Part shown: piece by piece, positions 1 through 9,377 of the stretch | How the letters are laid out: every line of letters starts with the position of its first letter | Position numbering within the stretch: position 1 is the stretch's first letter | IMG/VR virus record: IMGVR_UViG_3300044213_000107 | Location: 186,001 to 250,000 of that record | DNA length: 64,000 nucleotides | Direction: 5' to 3' (one strand) | Made by a program: the position numbers and the translations under genes | The notes under the pieces: generated by a model | Databases searched by the model: none | Seen by the model: the letters and a program-made list of their open reading frames with translations, nothing else | What the model was told of the DNA's origin: nothing

Positions 1-2
1 GT

Positions 3-167
3 GCATACGATGCCATTAACATAGATTATCTTGTGCGTAGACTACAAAGTTTTTTACCACGCATAAACATTAGGATCAGCAAACCATTAAAATGGTCGTT
101 TGCCCAGGATCTTCTTACACATTATTATGTGCTTAAAAAACAAGACTACCAGGAGATCATGGCATGA
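3..167 (+). CDS. transketolase N-terminal (TPP-binding) subunit, 3' part only (truncated by window edge)
   Basis: Open frame AYDAINIDYLVRRLQSFLP...LLTHYYVL...EIMA* whose stop overlaps (ATGA) the start of the transketolase C-terminal subunit. Confidence 0.55.
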   Translation, partial: AYDAINIDYLVRRLQSFLPRINIRISKPLKWSFAQDLLTHYYVLKKQDYQEIMA

Positions 168-646
168 GAAAAGAATGTGCTCAACTGTTGTTAGAAGAAA
201 TGTCAGTAAATGATAAAATTCGTGTGATCACTGCTGATCTCGGGTTTGGCATTCTAGACCACATACGAAATGCTTACCCAGATCGTTTTTATAATGTGGG
301 TGCTGCAGAACAACTAATGATTGGTGTTGGCATAGGAATGGCCGAAGAAGGTCTTGTACCTGTTTGCTATTCAATGAGTAGTTTTTTATTGTATAGGCCT
401 TTTGAGTTTTTGCGTAACTATGTCAACTACGAGCACATACCAGTTAAGTTATTAGGGTCTGGTCGCGATCAAGATTATAGTCACGATGGTGTTAGTCACT
501 GGGCACACGACGACGAGCTAGTATTAAACGCATTACCAAATATTAAAATGTATAAGCCTAATAATTTAGATGAGTTAAACATTAATTTTAATGAATACAT
601 TAATAGTTCCAATCCTGCTTATTTAAATCTAAGGAGAGCAATTTGA
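164..646 (+). CDS. transketolase C-terminal (pyrimidine-binding) subunit
   Basis: TADLGFG, NVGAAEQLMIGVGIGMA and SHW motifs of split transketolases. Confidence 0.85.
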   Translation: MRKECAQLLLEEMSVNDKIRVITADLGFGILDHIRNAYPDRFYNVGAAEQLMIGVGIGMAEEGLVPVCYSMSSFLLYRPFEFLRNYVNYEHIPVKLLGSGRDQDYSHDGVSHWAHDDELVLNALPNIKMYKPNNLDELNINFNEYINSSNPAYLNLRRAI

Positions 647-1572
647 GTACTAAAGTAGTTTATGTAACAGGATGTCTTGGATTTATTGGATATCATGTAA
701 CTGTTGCTTGTTTAGAACGTGGTTGGTATGTTAGAGGCATTGACAATATAACTTATGCAAGTAATATTGATTTTTTGCCTAAATTACAAGCATACCCAAG
801 ATTTTATTTTGAGCAAACAGATATAAACAACATTGAAAAGTTATACGAGTGCGATTATATTATAAACACCGCCGCAGAAACTCACGTCGACAATAGTATT
901 GTTAGCAGTGATGTATTCTTGCGTAGCAATATTAATGGCGTACACCGACTATTAGAATTAATTAAAGCCAGTAAACAAAAACCTACTTTATTGCATTTTA
1001 GCACAGATGAAGTCTACGGAGACATTGTCGAAGGTGCACACACAGAAACAGATTTGCTAAAACCAAGTAATCCATACTCAGCAACCAAAGCTGCAGCTGA
1101 TATGTTGATTAGTGCCTGGGCCAGAACATTTGATGTACCATATGTTATGGTTCGGCCAACAAATAACTATGGTATAGGACAATACACAGAAAAGTTCATT
1201 CCTCATAGTATCAAATACTATATGCTAGGTCGAGCTATTCCTTTACACAATGCCGGTACTCCTAGACGAACATGGCTGCACGTAAGCGATACCGCTAGTG
1301 CAATTATTGCTATTATCGATGCCGGCGTAAAAAATGAAATTTATAACATCTCAGGAAACTACGAAACTGATAATTTAACTGTTGCTCAACGTATTGTTGA
1401 ACTAGCAGGCGGTGCAGGAGAATTTGATTTGAGCATTACTCGCCCTGGCCAAGATGTGCGTTACGCTGTTGATGACACCAAAATAAAAGCCCTAGGTTGG
1501 CAACCTAGAGCTGATTTTGACACTGAACTTGCATTAATTGTAGATTACTACAAAAACAAGTTTGTTTGGTAA
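643..1572 (+). CDS. rfbB: dTDP-glucose 4,6-dehydratase-like NAD-dependent epimerase/dehydratase
   Basis: VTGCLGFIG Rossmann motif, AAETHVDNSI, STDEVYG, YSATK, TNNYG, RPGQDVRYA. Confidence 0.88.
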   Translation: MSTKVVYVTGCLGFIGYHVTVACLERGWYVRGIDNITYASNIDFLPKLQAYPRFYFEQTDINNIEKLYECDYIINTAAETHVDNSIVSSDVFLRSNINGVHRLLELIKASKQKPTLLHFSTDEVYGDIVEGAHTETDLLKPSNPYSATKAAADMLISAWARTFDVPYVMVRPTNNYGIGQYTEKFIPHSIKYYMLGRAIPLHNAGTPRRTWLHVSDTASAIIAIIDAGVKNEIYNISGNYETDNLTVAQRIVELAGGAGEFDLSITRPGQDVRYAVDDTKIKALGWQPRADFDTELALIVDYYKNKFVW

Positions 1573-1737
1573 TTAATCAACAATTTCGTCTTTGCTGACT
1601 TTTTCACCTAAGTATTGTTTAATAACTCTGATTAACTTACGCTCAGTATCATAAACAAACTCATTTGCGTCATCTTCGGTATTTACTACAAGAATAAAGC
1701 CATTTGCGGCTCTGCGTATTTCGATAGATTCAAACAT
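1573..1737 (-). CDS. small hypothetical protein (54 aa, not in the ORF track)
   Basis: Hand translation MFESIEIRRAANGFILVVNTEDDANEFVYDTERKLIRVIKQYLGEKVSKDEIVD*, preceded by AGGAG. Confidence 0.65.
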   Translation of the reverse strand: MFESIEIRRAANGFILVVNTEDDANEFVYDTERKLIRVIKQYLGEKVSKDEIVD

Positions 1738-1781
1738 TGAAAAACTCCTGGATTATTGATAGTATAAGTATAGCAGATTTT

Positions 1782-2528
1782 TTATTCTGTGTCTACAGGA
1801 TATTCTTTTAAATCTAATAAATGGTAATCGAATTTAACAATTTGATTTTCGTAATTGTCGTAATTCTTAATAAGGTTGCCCATATATTTTGCGAATCGTG
1901 TATGATTTGCTTCTTCCAGGTGGCCTTTTCTATCATCCATACAAGGCATAGGATCAGTTGCCGAATTTTCATTATTAGTTATGGTTTCAAATGCAAAATC
2001 AAGCAATAAACCCTTTGTAAAATATTTACGAGCAATCGGTCTAGCCATTTCAACATTAGGTAAAAATATAAATTTAATATGTGGATATTGTGCAGGTAGC
2101 TCCATAATATACTTTACCATTAACTCATATTCAAACATTTTTTGATCAAATTCATAAAGATACTTATAGTACAATTTATATGCTAAATTGTATTCATCAT
2201 AATCATAATCCATAGTATCGGCGCGACCTTCCTGGAATGCCCTGTGTACTGCATTATGTTCGGGGTTGCCATGAAAAAATCTCTCTAGCCATGTAAAAGT
2301 AAATATAGCAAAATTATCATCAAATTCATCAAATTTATCTACATCACACTGAAATCCTAATATAGCGGCATATTGATTTGATCCCCCGAGCCCGGAACTA
2401 ATGCATTCTGGCGGACCATTAAATCCGAGTTCTTTTAATAACTTTGACCCCCACACTATTCCTTCATGGTCGTCACCATGTTCCAAATCTACATAACTAT
2501 CACCAAAATAACCTATACGAAATGTCAT
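1782..2528 (-). CDS. hypothetical protein, SGNH/GDSL-like N-terminus
   Basis: GYFGDSY and GLGGSNQY motifs, C-terminal GHL. Confidence 0.55.
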   Translation of the reverse strand: MTFRIGYFGDSYVDLEHGDDHEGIVWGSKLLKELGFNGPPECISSGLGGSNQYAAILGFQCDVDKFDEFDDNFAIFTFTWLERFFHGNPEHNAVHRAFQEGRADTMDYDYDEYNLAYKLYYKYLYEFDQKMFEYELMVKYIMELPAQYPHIKFIFLPNVEMARPIARKYFTKGLLLDFAFETITNNENSATDPMPCMDDRKGHLEEANHTRFAKYMGNLIKNYDNYENQIVKFDYHLLDLKEYPVDTE

Positions 2529-2548
2529 TAACGTTTGCCTTTAAAAAA

Positions 2549-2797
2549 ATGTTAGACACACAAAATCTACTTTACAACCGTGGACCACAATGATCAAGTT
2601 AATTACTTTTGCATCCAACCATAACAAGTTATAGCCATGTTCATGGAATCTCATACTCTCTGCGATGTTGATATCTATACTGCCCTCGGAAGCATCCGAT
2701 ATTATGCAAGGGGCTTAAATGTTTTACTGTATCGCTACAGCTATCATAGAGAGCACTACCACTGGTATTAGATGGTTGCCAAACCTGTGTCTAACAT
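2549..2797 (-). ncRNA. candidate structured RNA, about 250 nt, family unknown
   Basis: 12-bp terminal inverted repeat ATGTTAGACACA (2549-2560 / 2786-2797); inner helices CUGUA-GCGA-UACAG, UCGGA-UGCU-UCCGA, UGCUCUCU/AGAGAGUA; no convincing ORF. Strand inferred from the GNRA loop and an upstream TATAAT. Confidence 0.6.
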
Positions 2798-2856
2798 ATA
2801 AATTATATAGCAAATAAAATAAAACACAAGATATATTTTACCAAATAAATAATTAT

Positions 2857-3495
2857 ATGGAACTTTCAATTGAAAAAATAAGACACGCGGCTTTCAAACT
2901 TCATCTTGACACCGGATTTGATTTTAACGATATCCAAACTGCATTAGATTCTGAAGATTGGATTCCTTACAGCCAAACTGGGCTAAGTAGAGGGCACGTT
3001 GCTTATGCGACTCGGTTTAAGAAAAATCGTCCCGAAAGTGAAGTACTAAGAAGCATACTCACATTTTTAAGATCAGATGATATAAAGCGTAAGTACATAG
3101 AAACTTTCTATGCAACACATGACCCATACTTTGAAAGTATTTGGTGCATGAAACCCGACGAAATGATGAGTTTTGTTGACATTGGCGCCGACCTAGTACT
3201 AGATCGACCAGGATTCGAAATTGATATTCATGTCGATAATAGAATGTTAGTTAGTACTGGATGGATATACCTAACCCCTAGAGATGATCCAGAATGGAGT
3301 ACTTACTTTTATTTTGATAGGGAAAAGACCAGTGACCCAATACGCATGACAACCAATCCCGGCGACGGATGGTTAAATTTTAATGATTTTAATACCTGGC
3401 ACGATGGATATAACCGAACAGAAGAAAATAGATATGGTATTATTTTATCGCTTTCAATTAAGCATCCACGAGAATATAACTACAGACACAAATAA
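2857..3495 (+). CDS. putative 2OG-Fe(II) oxygenase-fold protein
   Basis: HxD (IHVD) ... WH ... R arrangement; paralogous pattern to 14889-15467. Confidence 0.55.
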   Translation: MELSIEKIRHAAFKLHLDTGFDFNDIQTALDSEDWIPYSQTGLSRGHVAYATRFKKNRPESEVLRSILTFLRSDDIKRKYIETFYATHDPYFESIWCMKPDEMMSFVDIGADLVLDRPGFEIDIHVDNRMLVSTGWIYLTPRDDPEWSTYFYFDREKTSDPIRMTTNPGDGWLNFNDFNTWHDGYNRTEENRYGIILSLSIKHPREYNYRHK

Positions 3496-4616
3496 TGTTA
3501 GATATCAATAATTTTTGTTCATTACCTTTTCGGGGTATACAAATAGAATATGACGGTTCACTTAAACCGTGTTGCATGTTCAAACAAGAAAAAGAACCTA
3601 ATTATAAAAATTACACTGTAGACCAATTTGAACAATATTGGTCTGACAATAGTATTAGACAACGATTTATCGATAATAGTATTCCTGAAGGTTGCAAAAT
3701 TTGTTTTGATGATCAAATGATTACCACCGGAGTAAGATCGTTTACTAACAATTCATTAATTAAAAACACGCCAAATATTACAGTATCAGACTCACCGGAA
3801 CATATCGAAATTAAATTCGGAAACTATTGCAATTTAAAATGCATTATGTGTGGGCCATATGCTAGCAGTCAATTGGAAACAGAATATCGAACACATAAAG
3901 ACAAATTTGATGCTATCGAAATATATCAACCTTTGCTTAAACAATACTACTGGTGGGAGGATCCTGATACTTTAAAAAAAGTACAACAAATGGTAAAAAC
4001 TGCAAAGTATATAAGTTTCTCTGGAGGTGAGCCGTTATTAATTAATGGAATCTATGACATTTTAGATCATGCACCGAGGGATTGTGTTATAACAATAAGC
4101 ACAAACTTAACAAGATTAACAAACAAACACATAGAATATTTTCAAAAATTTAAAAATATAAGAATTAGAATAAGTTTAGATGGAATAGGCACTCAAGAAG
4201 AATATTTAAGATACGGCACCGATTGGGACAAATTAAATGCTAACATACAACAATTAATCTCTATAGAAGAAATTGATGTAGGGTTTACTTATTTATTGCA
4301 ACATACATCTGTTTATACATATCCAGAGTTATGGAATTATGTAAAATCTACTGATAAAAGTTTAATTGTATCGACAGTTTATGGAGGGTCGATATCTGAA
4401 GGACTTCTTACTATTAATAGTGCTCCAGAAAAAGATGTCGAATCTTTTAAAAATTGGATTAAATTAAATTCTACGCCACATAATAATATGATAAAGAATT
4501 GGATTGAATCTTACAAATTCAATCCAATCCTACTAGAAAAATTTAAAAAATACGTTACCGTTCTTGACCAGGTGCGTGGCACAAATTATCAAGCCACATT
4601 TAATCCAAATTGGTAA
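3495..4616 (+). CDS. radical SAM protein with SPASM/twitch-type Cys cluster
   Basis: CNLKCIMC motif, GGEP, N-terminal C...LKPCC...CKIC. Confidence 0.9.
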   Translation: MLDINNFCSLPFRGIQIEYDGSLKPCCMFKQEKEPNYKNYTVDQFEQYWSDNSIRQRFIDNSIPEGCKICFDDQMITTGVRSFTNNSLIKNTPNITVSDSPEHIEIKFGNYCNLKCIMCGPYASSQLETEYRTHKDKFDAIEIYQPLLKQYYWWEDPDTLKKVQQMVKTAKYISFSGGEPLLINGIYDILDHAPRDCVITISTNLTRLTNKHIEYFQKFKNIRIRISLDGIGTQEEYLRYGTDWDKLNANIQQLISIEEIDVGFTYLLQHTSVYTYPELWNYVKSTDKSLIVSTVYGGSISEGLLTINSAPEKDVESFKNWIKLNSTPHNNMIKNWIESYKFNPILLEKFKKYVTVLDQVRGTNYQATFNPNW

Positions 4617-4625
4617 TTATATTGT

Positions 4626-4928
4626 TTATACTGTATATGTATAAGTTTCATCAGTGATTACTACAGAAACTGGAGTAACCTTACTTAGTGTTAAAAGATT
4701 ATGGATCATAGATACCCATTCTTCGGCAGCGGCCTGATCTGCACAATATCTTTTATAGATATTAGGTGCAGATAATATCCCATCCCCCGGATTTATTGAA
4801 TTATTTGCCGAGAAACTAATAATTGCATTTCTTAACATATTAGATGTAACAGGGTCATGTGTCAATAACTTAGCATCATCGGCTGTATTATATGTAGTGG
4901 TTACTGCTTTTGTCATTGTGTAATCCAT
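4626..4928 (-). CDS. hypothetical protein
   Basis: 100-aa ORF with AAGG upstream. Confidence 0.6.
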   Translation of the reverse strand: MDYTMTKAVTTTYNTADDAKLLTHDPVTSNMLRNAIISFSANNSINPGDGILSAPNIYKRYCADQAAAEEWVSMIHNLLTLSKVTPVSVVITDETYTYTV

Positions 4929-4947
4929 GGTATTTACCTTAAAAAAT

Positions 4948-5030
4948 AATAATAATATTTATCATTAAACTATTAAGTATTAATAATTTAATAATAATAT
5001 TTATCATTAAACTATTAAGTATTAATAATT
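4948..5030. repeat. 42-bp-period AT-rich tandem duplication (2 copies)
   Basis: AATAATAATATTTATCATTAAACTATTAAGTATTAATAATT starts at 4948 and at 4990. Confidence 0.9.
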
Positions 5031-5134
5031 GGGGCTTATTGCCCCGGATGTCCGTACCCAGGCGTTCCTTCCTGGTTCACTGGTAAATCCCAGCTATACG
5101 TCTTTGCAGTCCTCTTGGATCCTGTGCCGGACTA
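5031..5134 (-). ncRNA. candidate small structured RNA behind a late promoter
   Basis: TATAAATA at 5140-5147; GUCCG/CGGAC closing helix; hairpins CUGG-GAUUUA-CCAG and CCAGG-AAGGAACG-CCUGG; distal GGGGC/GCCCC hairpin; GC-rich island in AT-rich DNA. Confidence 0.4.
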
Positions 5135-5266
5135 TACTATATTTATATTTCGAGACTATTGTTATACTTTTCTATTCAAAATAAAACCTTTAGAATAGAC
5201 AAAGAATGCCCGACCGGTCCTGATCATTTGTTTAAAATAATATTTACGATAAGACATTCTTGCTCC

Positions 5267-5872
5267 TTACATTTCGGGGCCATTTCCATTCTTAAATCCT
5301 ATTTCTCCGCCCTGCTCTTTGATTTTTTTCAAAACATCTTCAAAGAGTATTGGGGCAAAGTCAGGTAGTTGCTCAACTGATACATTATAATAACGAGGAT
5401 CGATTTCGTTACTGTATAGTATTTCTCCTGTCCGAGCATCAACTGCACGAGGCTTCATAACACGATTAGCATGTAAATGCCCATGTATTGAGCAGCCAAA
5501 TCTACCCAAACTTTCAGTGTGTAATGGGATATGACTTAGTATCAAACCGTTCATAACATGGTAGGCACGTAGTTCTCTAAAGTATTGCCTGTACTCATCA
5601 TCACGAAAGATATCGTGATTACCACGGATCAACACTTTGTCGCCATTTAATCTAGCAAGTGTTGGCAAGGCTCGACGGTTGATAACACAGTCGCCCAAGT
5701 GATAGACCTTGTCTGTGGGCTTTACTCTTTCGTTCCATGCTTTTACCATTGCTTCATCCATTTCCGCAGGATCAGTCCATGGACGCAACTTTGTCACACC
5801 GTCGTTGCGAGTAAAACGACATACGCCTGCGTGACCAAAGTGCGTGTCGCTGACTAAAAATACACTTGGCAT
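5267..5872 (-). CDS. calcineurin-like metallophosphoesterase
   Basis: SDTHFGH, HLGD, RGNHD, SHIP, HGHLH motifs. Confidence 0.92.
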   Translation of the reverse strand: MPSVFLVSDTHFGHAGVCRFTRNDGVTKLRPWTDPAEMDEAMVKAWNERVKPTDKVYHLGDCVINRRALPTLARLNGDKVLIRGNHDIFRDDEYRQYFRELRAYHVMNGLILSHIPLHTESLGRFGCSIHGHLHANRVMKPRAVDARTGEILYSNEIDPRYYNVSVEQLPDFAPILFEDVLKKIKEQGGEIGFKNGNGPEM

Positions 5873-5883
5873 ATGTTTCTCCT

Positions 5884-6174
5884 TTATACATAAACATCTA
5901 AATTATTACCTAAAGTTATACTATATCTGTATTCACCGTACTCAATATGTTTTTTTAAATTCAAATATTGATTGATAGCCAAGTAGTCTTGATACTCTTT
6001 GTGGTGAATCATCCTGGTATGATTTTTGTGCCAATCAACATTTACTGCATTTTGATAATGATGTACCTTGTTGTTGTGCTCATTTTGAATATGATCCCGT
6101 TTAACTTCTTGTCTATTGTGCATTAAGGTATTATCAAAATGCGGTATAGGATAACTAATCGGGATTTTAAACAT
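5884..6174 (-). CDS. hypothetical protein
   Basis: ORF in a tightly packed minus-strand operon. Confidence 0.6.
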   Translation of the reverse strand: MFKIPISYPIPHFDNTLMHNRQEVKRDHIQNEHNNKVHHYQNAVNVDWHKNHTRMIHHKEYQDYLAINQYLNLKKHIEYGEYRYSITLGNNLDVYV

Positions 6175-6183
6175 ATTACATCA

Positions 6184-6375
6184 TCACCAATTTTCTACAC
6201 CTGCAATCTCTACAGTTACCAAAGACTTGCGGTTATTAATATCCATATCCATGGTAAGAGTTAGTATGCCACCAATGCCACTGGAATTATCGTTGCTTAA
6301 CTTGTATGATCTAGCATCCGGAAATTCATCCATGACTACTAGAATTTTTTCAATTTCTGACCTTGTAATATACAT
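6184..6375 (-). CDS. hypothetical protein
   Basis: ORF in operon, AAGG upstream. Confidence 0.65.
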   Translation of the reverse strand: MYITRSEIEKILVVMDEFPDARSYKLSNDNSSGIGGILTLTMDMDINNRKSLVTVEIAGVENW

Positions 6376-6384
6376 TATATATCC

Positions 6385-6669
6385 TTAACTCATTAAAGTG
6401 ACCATTGTAGCATCACTTTCATTGTTATAGTAAAACTCATGGTACCAACGTCGTCGTGTTTCCTTGTGTAAAACATAACGCCAGTTTTCATTGTACTTAC
6501 GAACTGGCAGAATTTGATCCGGCACATGTGTTTCTGTTACTGCTTGGCCGTACATTTGTTCAAATATTTTCCTAACATCTAAAATACGTGAATCCATTTT
6601 AGTAAGAATCATTTTGTATTTGTAAGTTCTACCTAACTTATATCTACCATCGAGTTTAATGATTTTCAT
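6385..6669 (-). CDS. hypothetical protein
   Basis: ORF track 6385-6687; ATG at 6669 (MKIIKLDG) abutting the upstream stop is the likelier start. Confidence 0.6.
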   Translation of the reverse strand: MKIIKLDGRYKLGRTYKYKMILTKMDSRILDVRKIFEQMYGQAVTETHVPDQILPVRKYNENWRYVLHKETRRRWYHEFYYNNESDATMVTLMS

Positions 6670-6671
6670 TT

Positions 6672-7148
6672 TTACCCCGCATACCAAATTTCGTCAAATC
6701 CTTCTTCATGGGTAGGATCTTCCCAGTTTTTAATCATGCTTGCAACAACATCACGTGGAATTTCTTTTCCAGGACGATTGTTTAATCTCGCCATCAACTC
6801 TGTCATTGGCGGTGTTTTAAACACAACCGCAATCTTGTAATAGTCCGGCAACATCGCAAACTTACGTTGACGACTTTTTACCGTGGTACTAGTTTGGTCC
6901 CAGACAATATCCCGCACTTCTTCATTGGCTAATTCAACCATTGTTGTCATTAGTTGGACTGCGTCGGGCATAAACTCTTCAAAAATTTCCGAGTATGTAG
7001 TACCACGACGTTTTGCTTCTTGTTCTACAAAAAAATCAGTGCCGACAACCGTACAGTTTTGAGTCCAATCTTGAGTAGCGATCCATGTGCTTTTTCCGCT
7101 ACCCGGAACGCCTACTAACACATAAAGTTTTGGTTGTTTTGTTTGCAT
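6672..7148 (-). CDS. P-loop kinase (polynucleotide kinase / AAA_33-like)
   Basis: LVGVPGSGKST Walker A, VWDQTS, R...R lid motif. Confidence 0.85.
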   Translation of the reverse strand: MQTKQPKLYVLVGVPGSGKSTWIATQDWTQNCTVVGTDFFVEQEAKRRGTTYSEIFEEFMPDAVQLMTTMVELANEEVRDIVWDQTSTTVKSRQRKFAMLPDYYKIAVVFKTPPMTELMARLNNRPGKEIPRDVVASMIKNWEDPTHEEGFDEIWYAG

Positions 7149-7181
7149 AATGTATATTATACTACAAAACGGATTTATTGG

Positions 7182-7349
7182 TCAACCAGTTATACCATCG
7201 TTTACATTTAATACTATGGTACTAATTACTTCTTCACCTAAAAGTAATTGAACTGTAAAGTTATCGCTGGTATTATAGGGATCTACAGTGTTGTAACTCT
7301 GCAACGATAAGTTGGCTTTTAGAAATGCGATTAATTCTTCCTGTGTCAT
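7182..7349 (-). CDS. small hypothetical protein (55 aa)
   Basis: Hand translation MTQEELIAFLKANLSLQSYNT...NDGITG*, AAGGA upstream. Confidence 0.55.
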   Translation of the reverse strand: MTQEELIAFLKANLSLQSYNTVDPYNTSDNFTVQLLLGEEVISTIVLNVNDGITG

Positions 7350-7373
7350 AACTCTGTTTCCTTTGTCATATAT

Positions 7374-8216
7374 TTAATTTTTATTTAATAATTTTTTAAA
7401 GAAGTTATTATATTCTTCTAATTTAATTTGTGTTTCTTTTTCGCTAGAAACTATTATATTTACTTTTCCAGATTTCTGTAACTCTTTGGTATTATCTATA
7501 TTACTTTGACATTTTTCAATTAATGTATTAATTTTTTCTTGAGGCATATCTTTTCGTGTCAATAAAAATATATTAATAGAAACCTTATTAAGAGGCGAAT
7601 TTTTTATATCTTTAAATTTAATATATGTAATACCTTTGTCAACATAATTTTGAGCAACAGATTCTGTAGCTATAGTAATATCAGCTCTGCCGGCTAGTGT
7701 ATCAATTAACGGGGCGGTACCACCTCCGTTATATAATACTTGAGTTACAGATATATTTTTTAATTTAAAATAAGTAGAGGTAATTAATGACGACTCTTCT
7801 CCTACATCGGCTGATAGTACTGTAGTCTTATCAATTTGTTTTTTAGAAATTAAATCATCAATGGATTTATATAATGGCGAAATTATGAATACTGGGTCAA
7901 CTGATGCTATTAAACTAATAAATCTAAATTTATCAGTAGGCATAAAATTAAAAAGATTTTTATCTGTCATCGGTGATAATAGAGCTGACGAATTTGGTAC
8001 TACCAAAAAGTCTATTTCTCCAGATTCTAGTGCTTTGTAACCTATATATCCTTTGGCTCCTTGTTTGTTTATAACAACAAAATTTTCATCTTTTGTTAAT
8101 AAACGCATTACCTGTTCATGAAGTGGAATTCCCACATGCCCAATTTTAATAATTTCTGCTGCCATTGTACAAGTTGATAATATCAATAGTATCGCAGTTA
8201 AGATTATTTTTTTCAT
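7374..8216 (-). CDS. Bug/TctC-like tripartite tricarboxylate transporter substrate-binding protein
   Basis: Signal peptide; VINKQGAKG and QVLYNGGGTAPLIDTLAGRADI resemble the Bug/TctC motifs NxxGAGG and VPYKGGAPALTDLLGGQVD. Confidence 0.7.
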   Translation of the reverse strand: MKKIILTAILLILSTCTMAAEIIKIGHVGIPLHEQVMRLLTKDENFVVINKQGAKGYIGYKALESGEIDFLVVPNSSALLSPMTDKNLFNFMPTDKFRFISLIASVDPVFIISPLYKSIDDLISKKQIDKTTVLSADVGEESSLITSTYFKLKNISVTQVLYNGGGTAPLIDTLAGRADITIATESVAQNYVDKGITYIKFKDIKNSPLNKVSINIFLLTRKDMPQEKINTLIEKCQSNIDNTKELQKSGKVNIIVSSEKETQIKLEEYNNFFKKLLNKN

Positions 8217-8228
8217 ATATATCCTCTT

Positions 8229-9374
8229 TTATTCTAAAAAATATGGGTTACTTATGCATGCTTTGACACTTTTTCCCATCTGTGTTGGGTCATTTTTCCA
8301 ATAATCTGGAAGTGTTTTCCACCATTTATCTAATCCAAATTTCCAATTTTTTAATTGAACAGTTTCTTCTTGTAATTTATTTCTAAACCATATGTCTCGA
8401 CCTCCAAAAATTATGCTAGGATATTTCTTGGCTACAATTGCTGTTGGATCCCAATCAGGATATATTAATGTATGAAGACCATCAAGACTTAACCAATACT
8501 TAGTACCATTAAATTCTCTACATGCAATATTACTTGTTTTAAGAGAACAAAATGGTAATTGAGTTATATTGCCTGACAAATAACGCTTAATCATATGTGC
8601 TTGTTTTATTATTGTTTTTGGGAAGTTTGGCGACCAATAAAATAATTCATCAGCATAAGGTTGTTTTCCGGCCATTGCAGTTGCAGTTGTTGCATTATCA
8701 ATTATATCTAAAAATTGAAAATAAAACTTGTCATTTTTATGAAATACCCTCGGCTTATCAGATCCATGCATTACACAAACTTTTTTTCCGGAGTGTATCA
8801 TGTCTGCCCATTCCGGAACAGACATTACCCAATCTCGCATTAACATACCGTTTGGGTTCCAGCACATGTTTAGTTCATAAATCCAATCGAATTTAATCGT
8901 TTTACTTGCCCAGAGATCTAGTTGCATCTGTGTAATATCAAGATATCGAAATTTAAAATTTTGTTTTTGTTGATATTTTTGAACTAATGGTATTGCAGTC
9001 TCAAATATTTCTTCGCTGTAAAGACCAAGTTTATTACCATCTCCTTCGACATTTACCTTACACACTACTTCGTCAAGTTTAATGTCGTTTTTTATAAATG
9101 TATGAAAGATATTTCCACTATCTGGTCCACCGCTCAAACTTAATATAACATAATCATAACTATCTCGTATTTGTTGGGCACGTTGCCGATATAATTCTTC
9201 TAATGATTCCGTAGGTTCTGTGGTCCAATCATAACTACTAAACACAGCTTCATTAAAGTCCCAGTGCAGATGTGTGCCAGTTTTTTGCATCATTTCAATA
9301 GCTTCAAGCTTGCTATAAAATTTTAAATCGCCGACACGATAAACACCGAGTTTATCAGGGAAATCATTTGTCAT
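8229..9374 (-). CDS. PP-loop (adenine nucleotide alpha hydrolase superfamily) protein, substrate unknown
   Basis: LSLSGGPDSG PP-loop motif. Confidence 0.6.
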   Translation of the reverse strand: MTNDFPDKLGVYRVGDLKFYSKLEAIEMMQKTGTHLHWDFNEAVFSSYDWTTEPTESLEELYRQRAQQIRDSYDYVILSLSGGPDSGNIFHTFIKNDIKLDEVVCKVNVEGDGNKLGLYSEEIFETAIPLVQKYQQKQNFKFRYLDITQMQLDLWASKTIKFDWIYELNMCWNPNGMLMRDWVMSVPEWADMIHSGKKVCVMHGSDKPRVFHKNDKFYFQFLDIIDNATTATAMAGKQPYADELFYWSPNFPKTIIKQAHMIKRYLSGNITQLPFCSLKTSNIACREFNGTKYWLSLDGLHTLIYPDWDPTAIVAKKYPSIIFGGRDIWFRNKLQEETVQLKNWKFGLDKWWKTLPDYWKNDPTQMGKSVKACISNPYFLE

Positions 9375-9377
9375 GTT

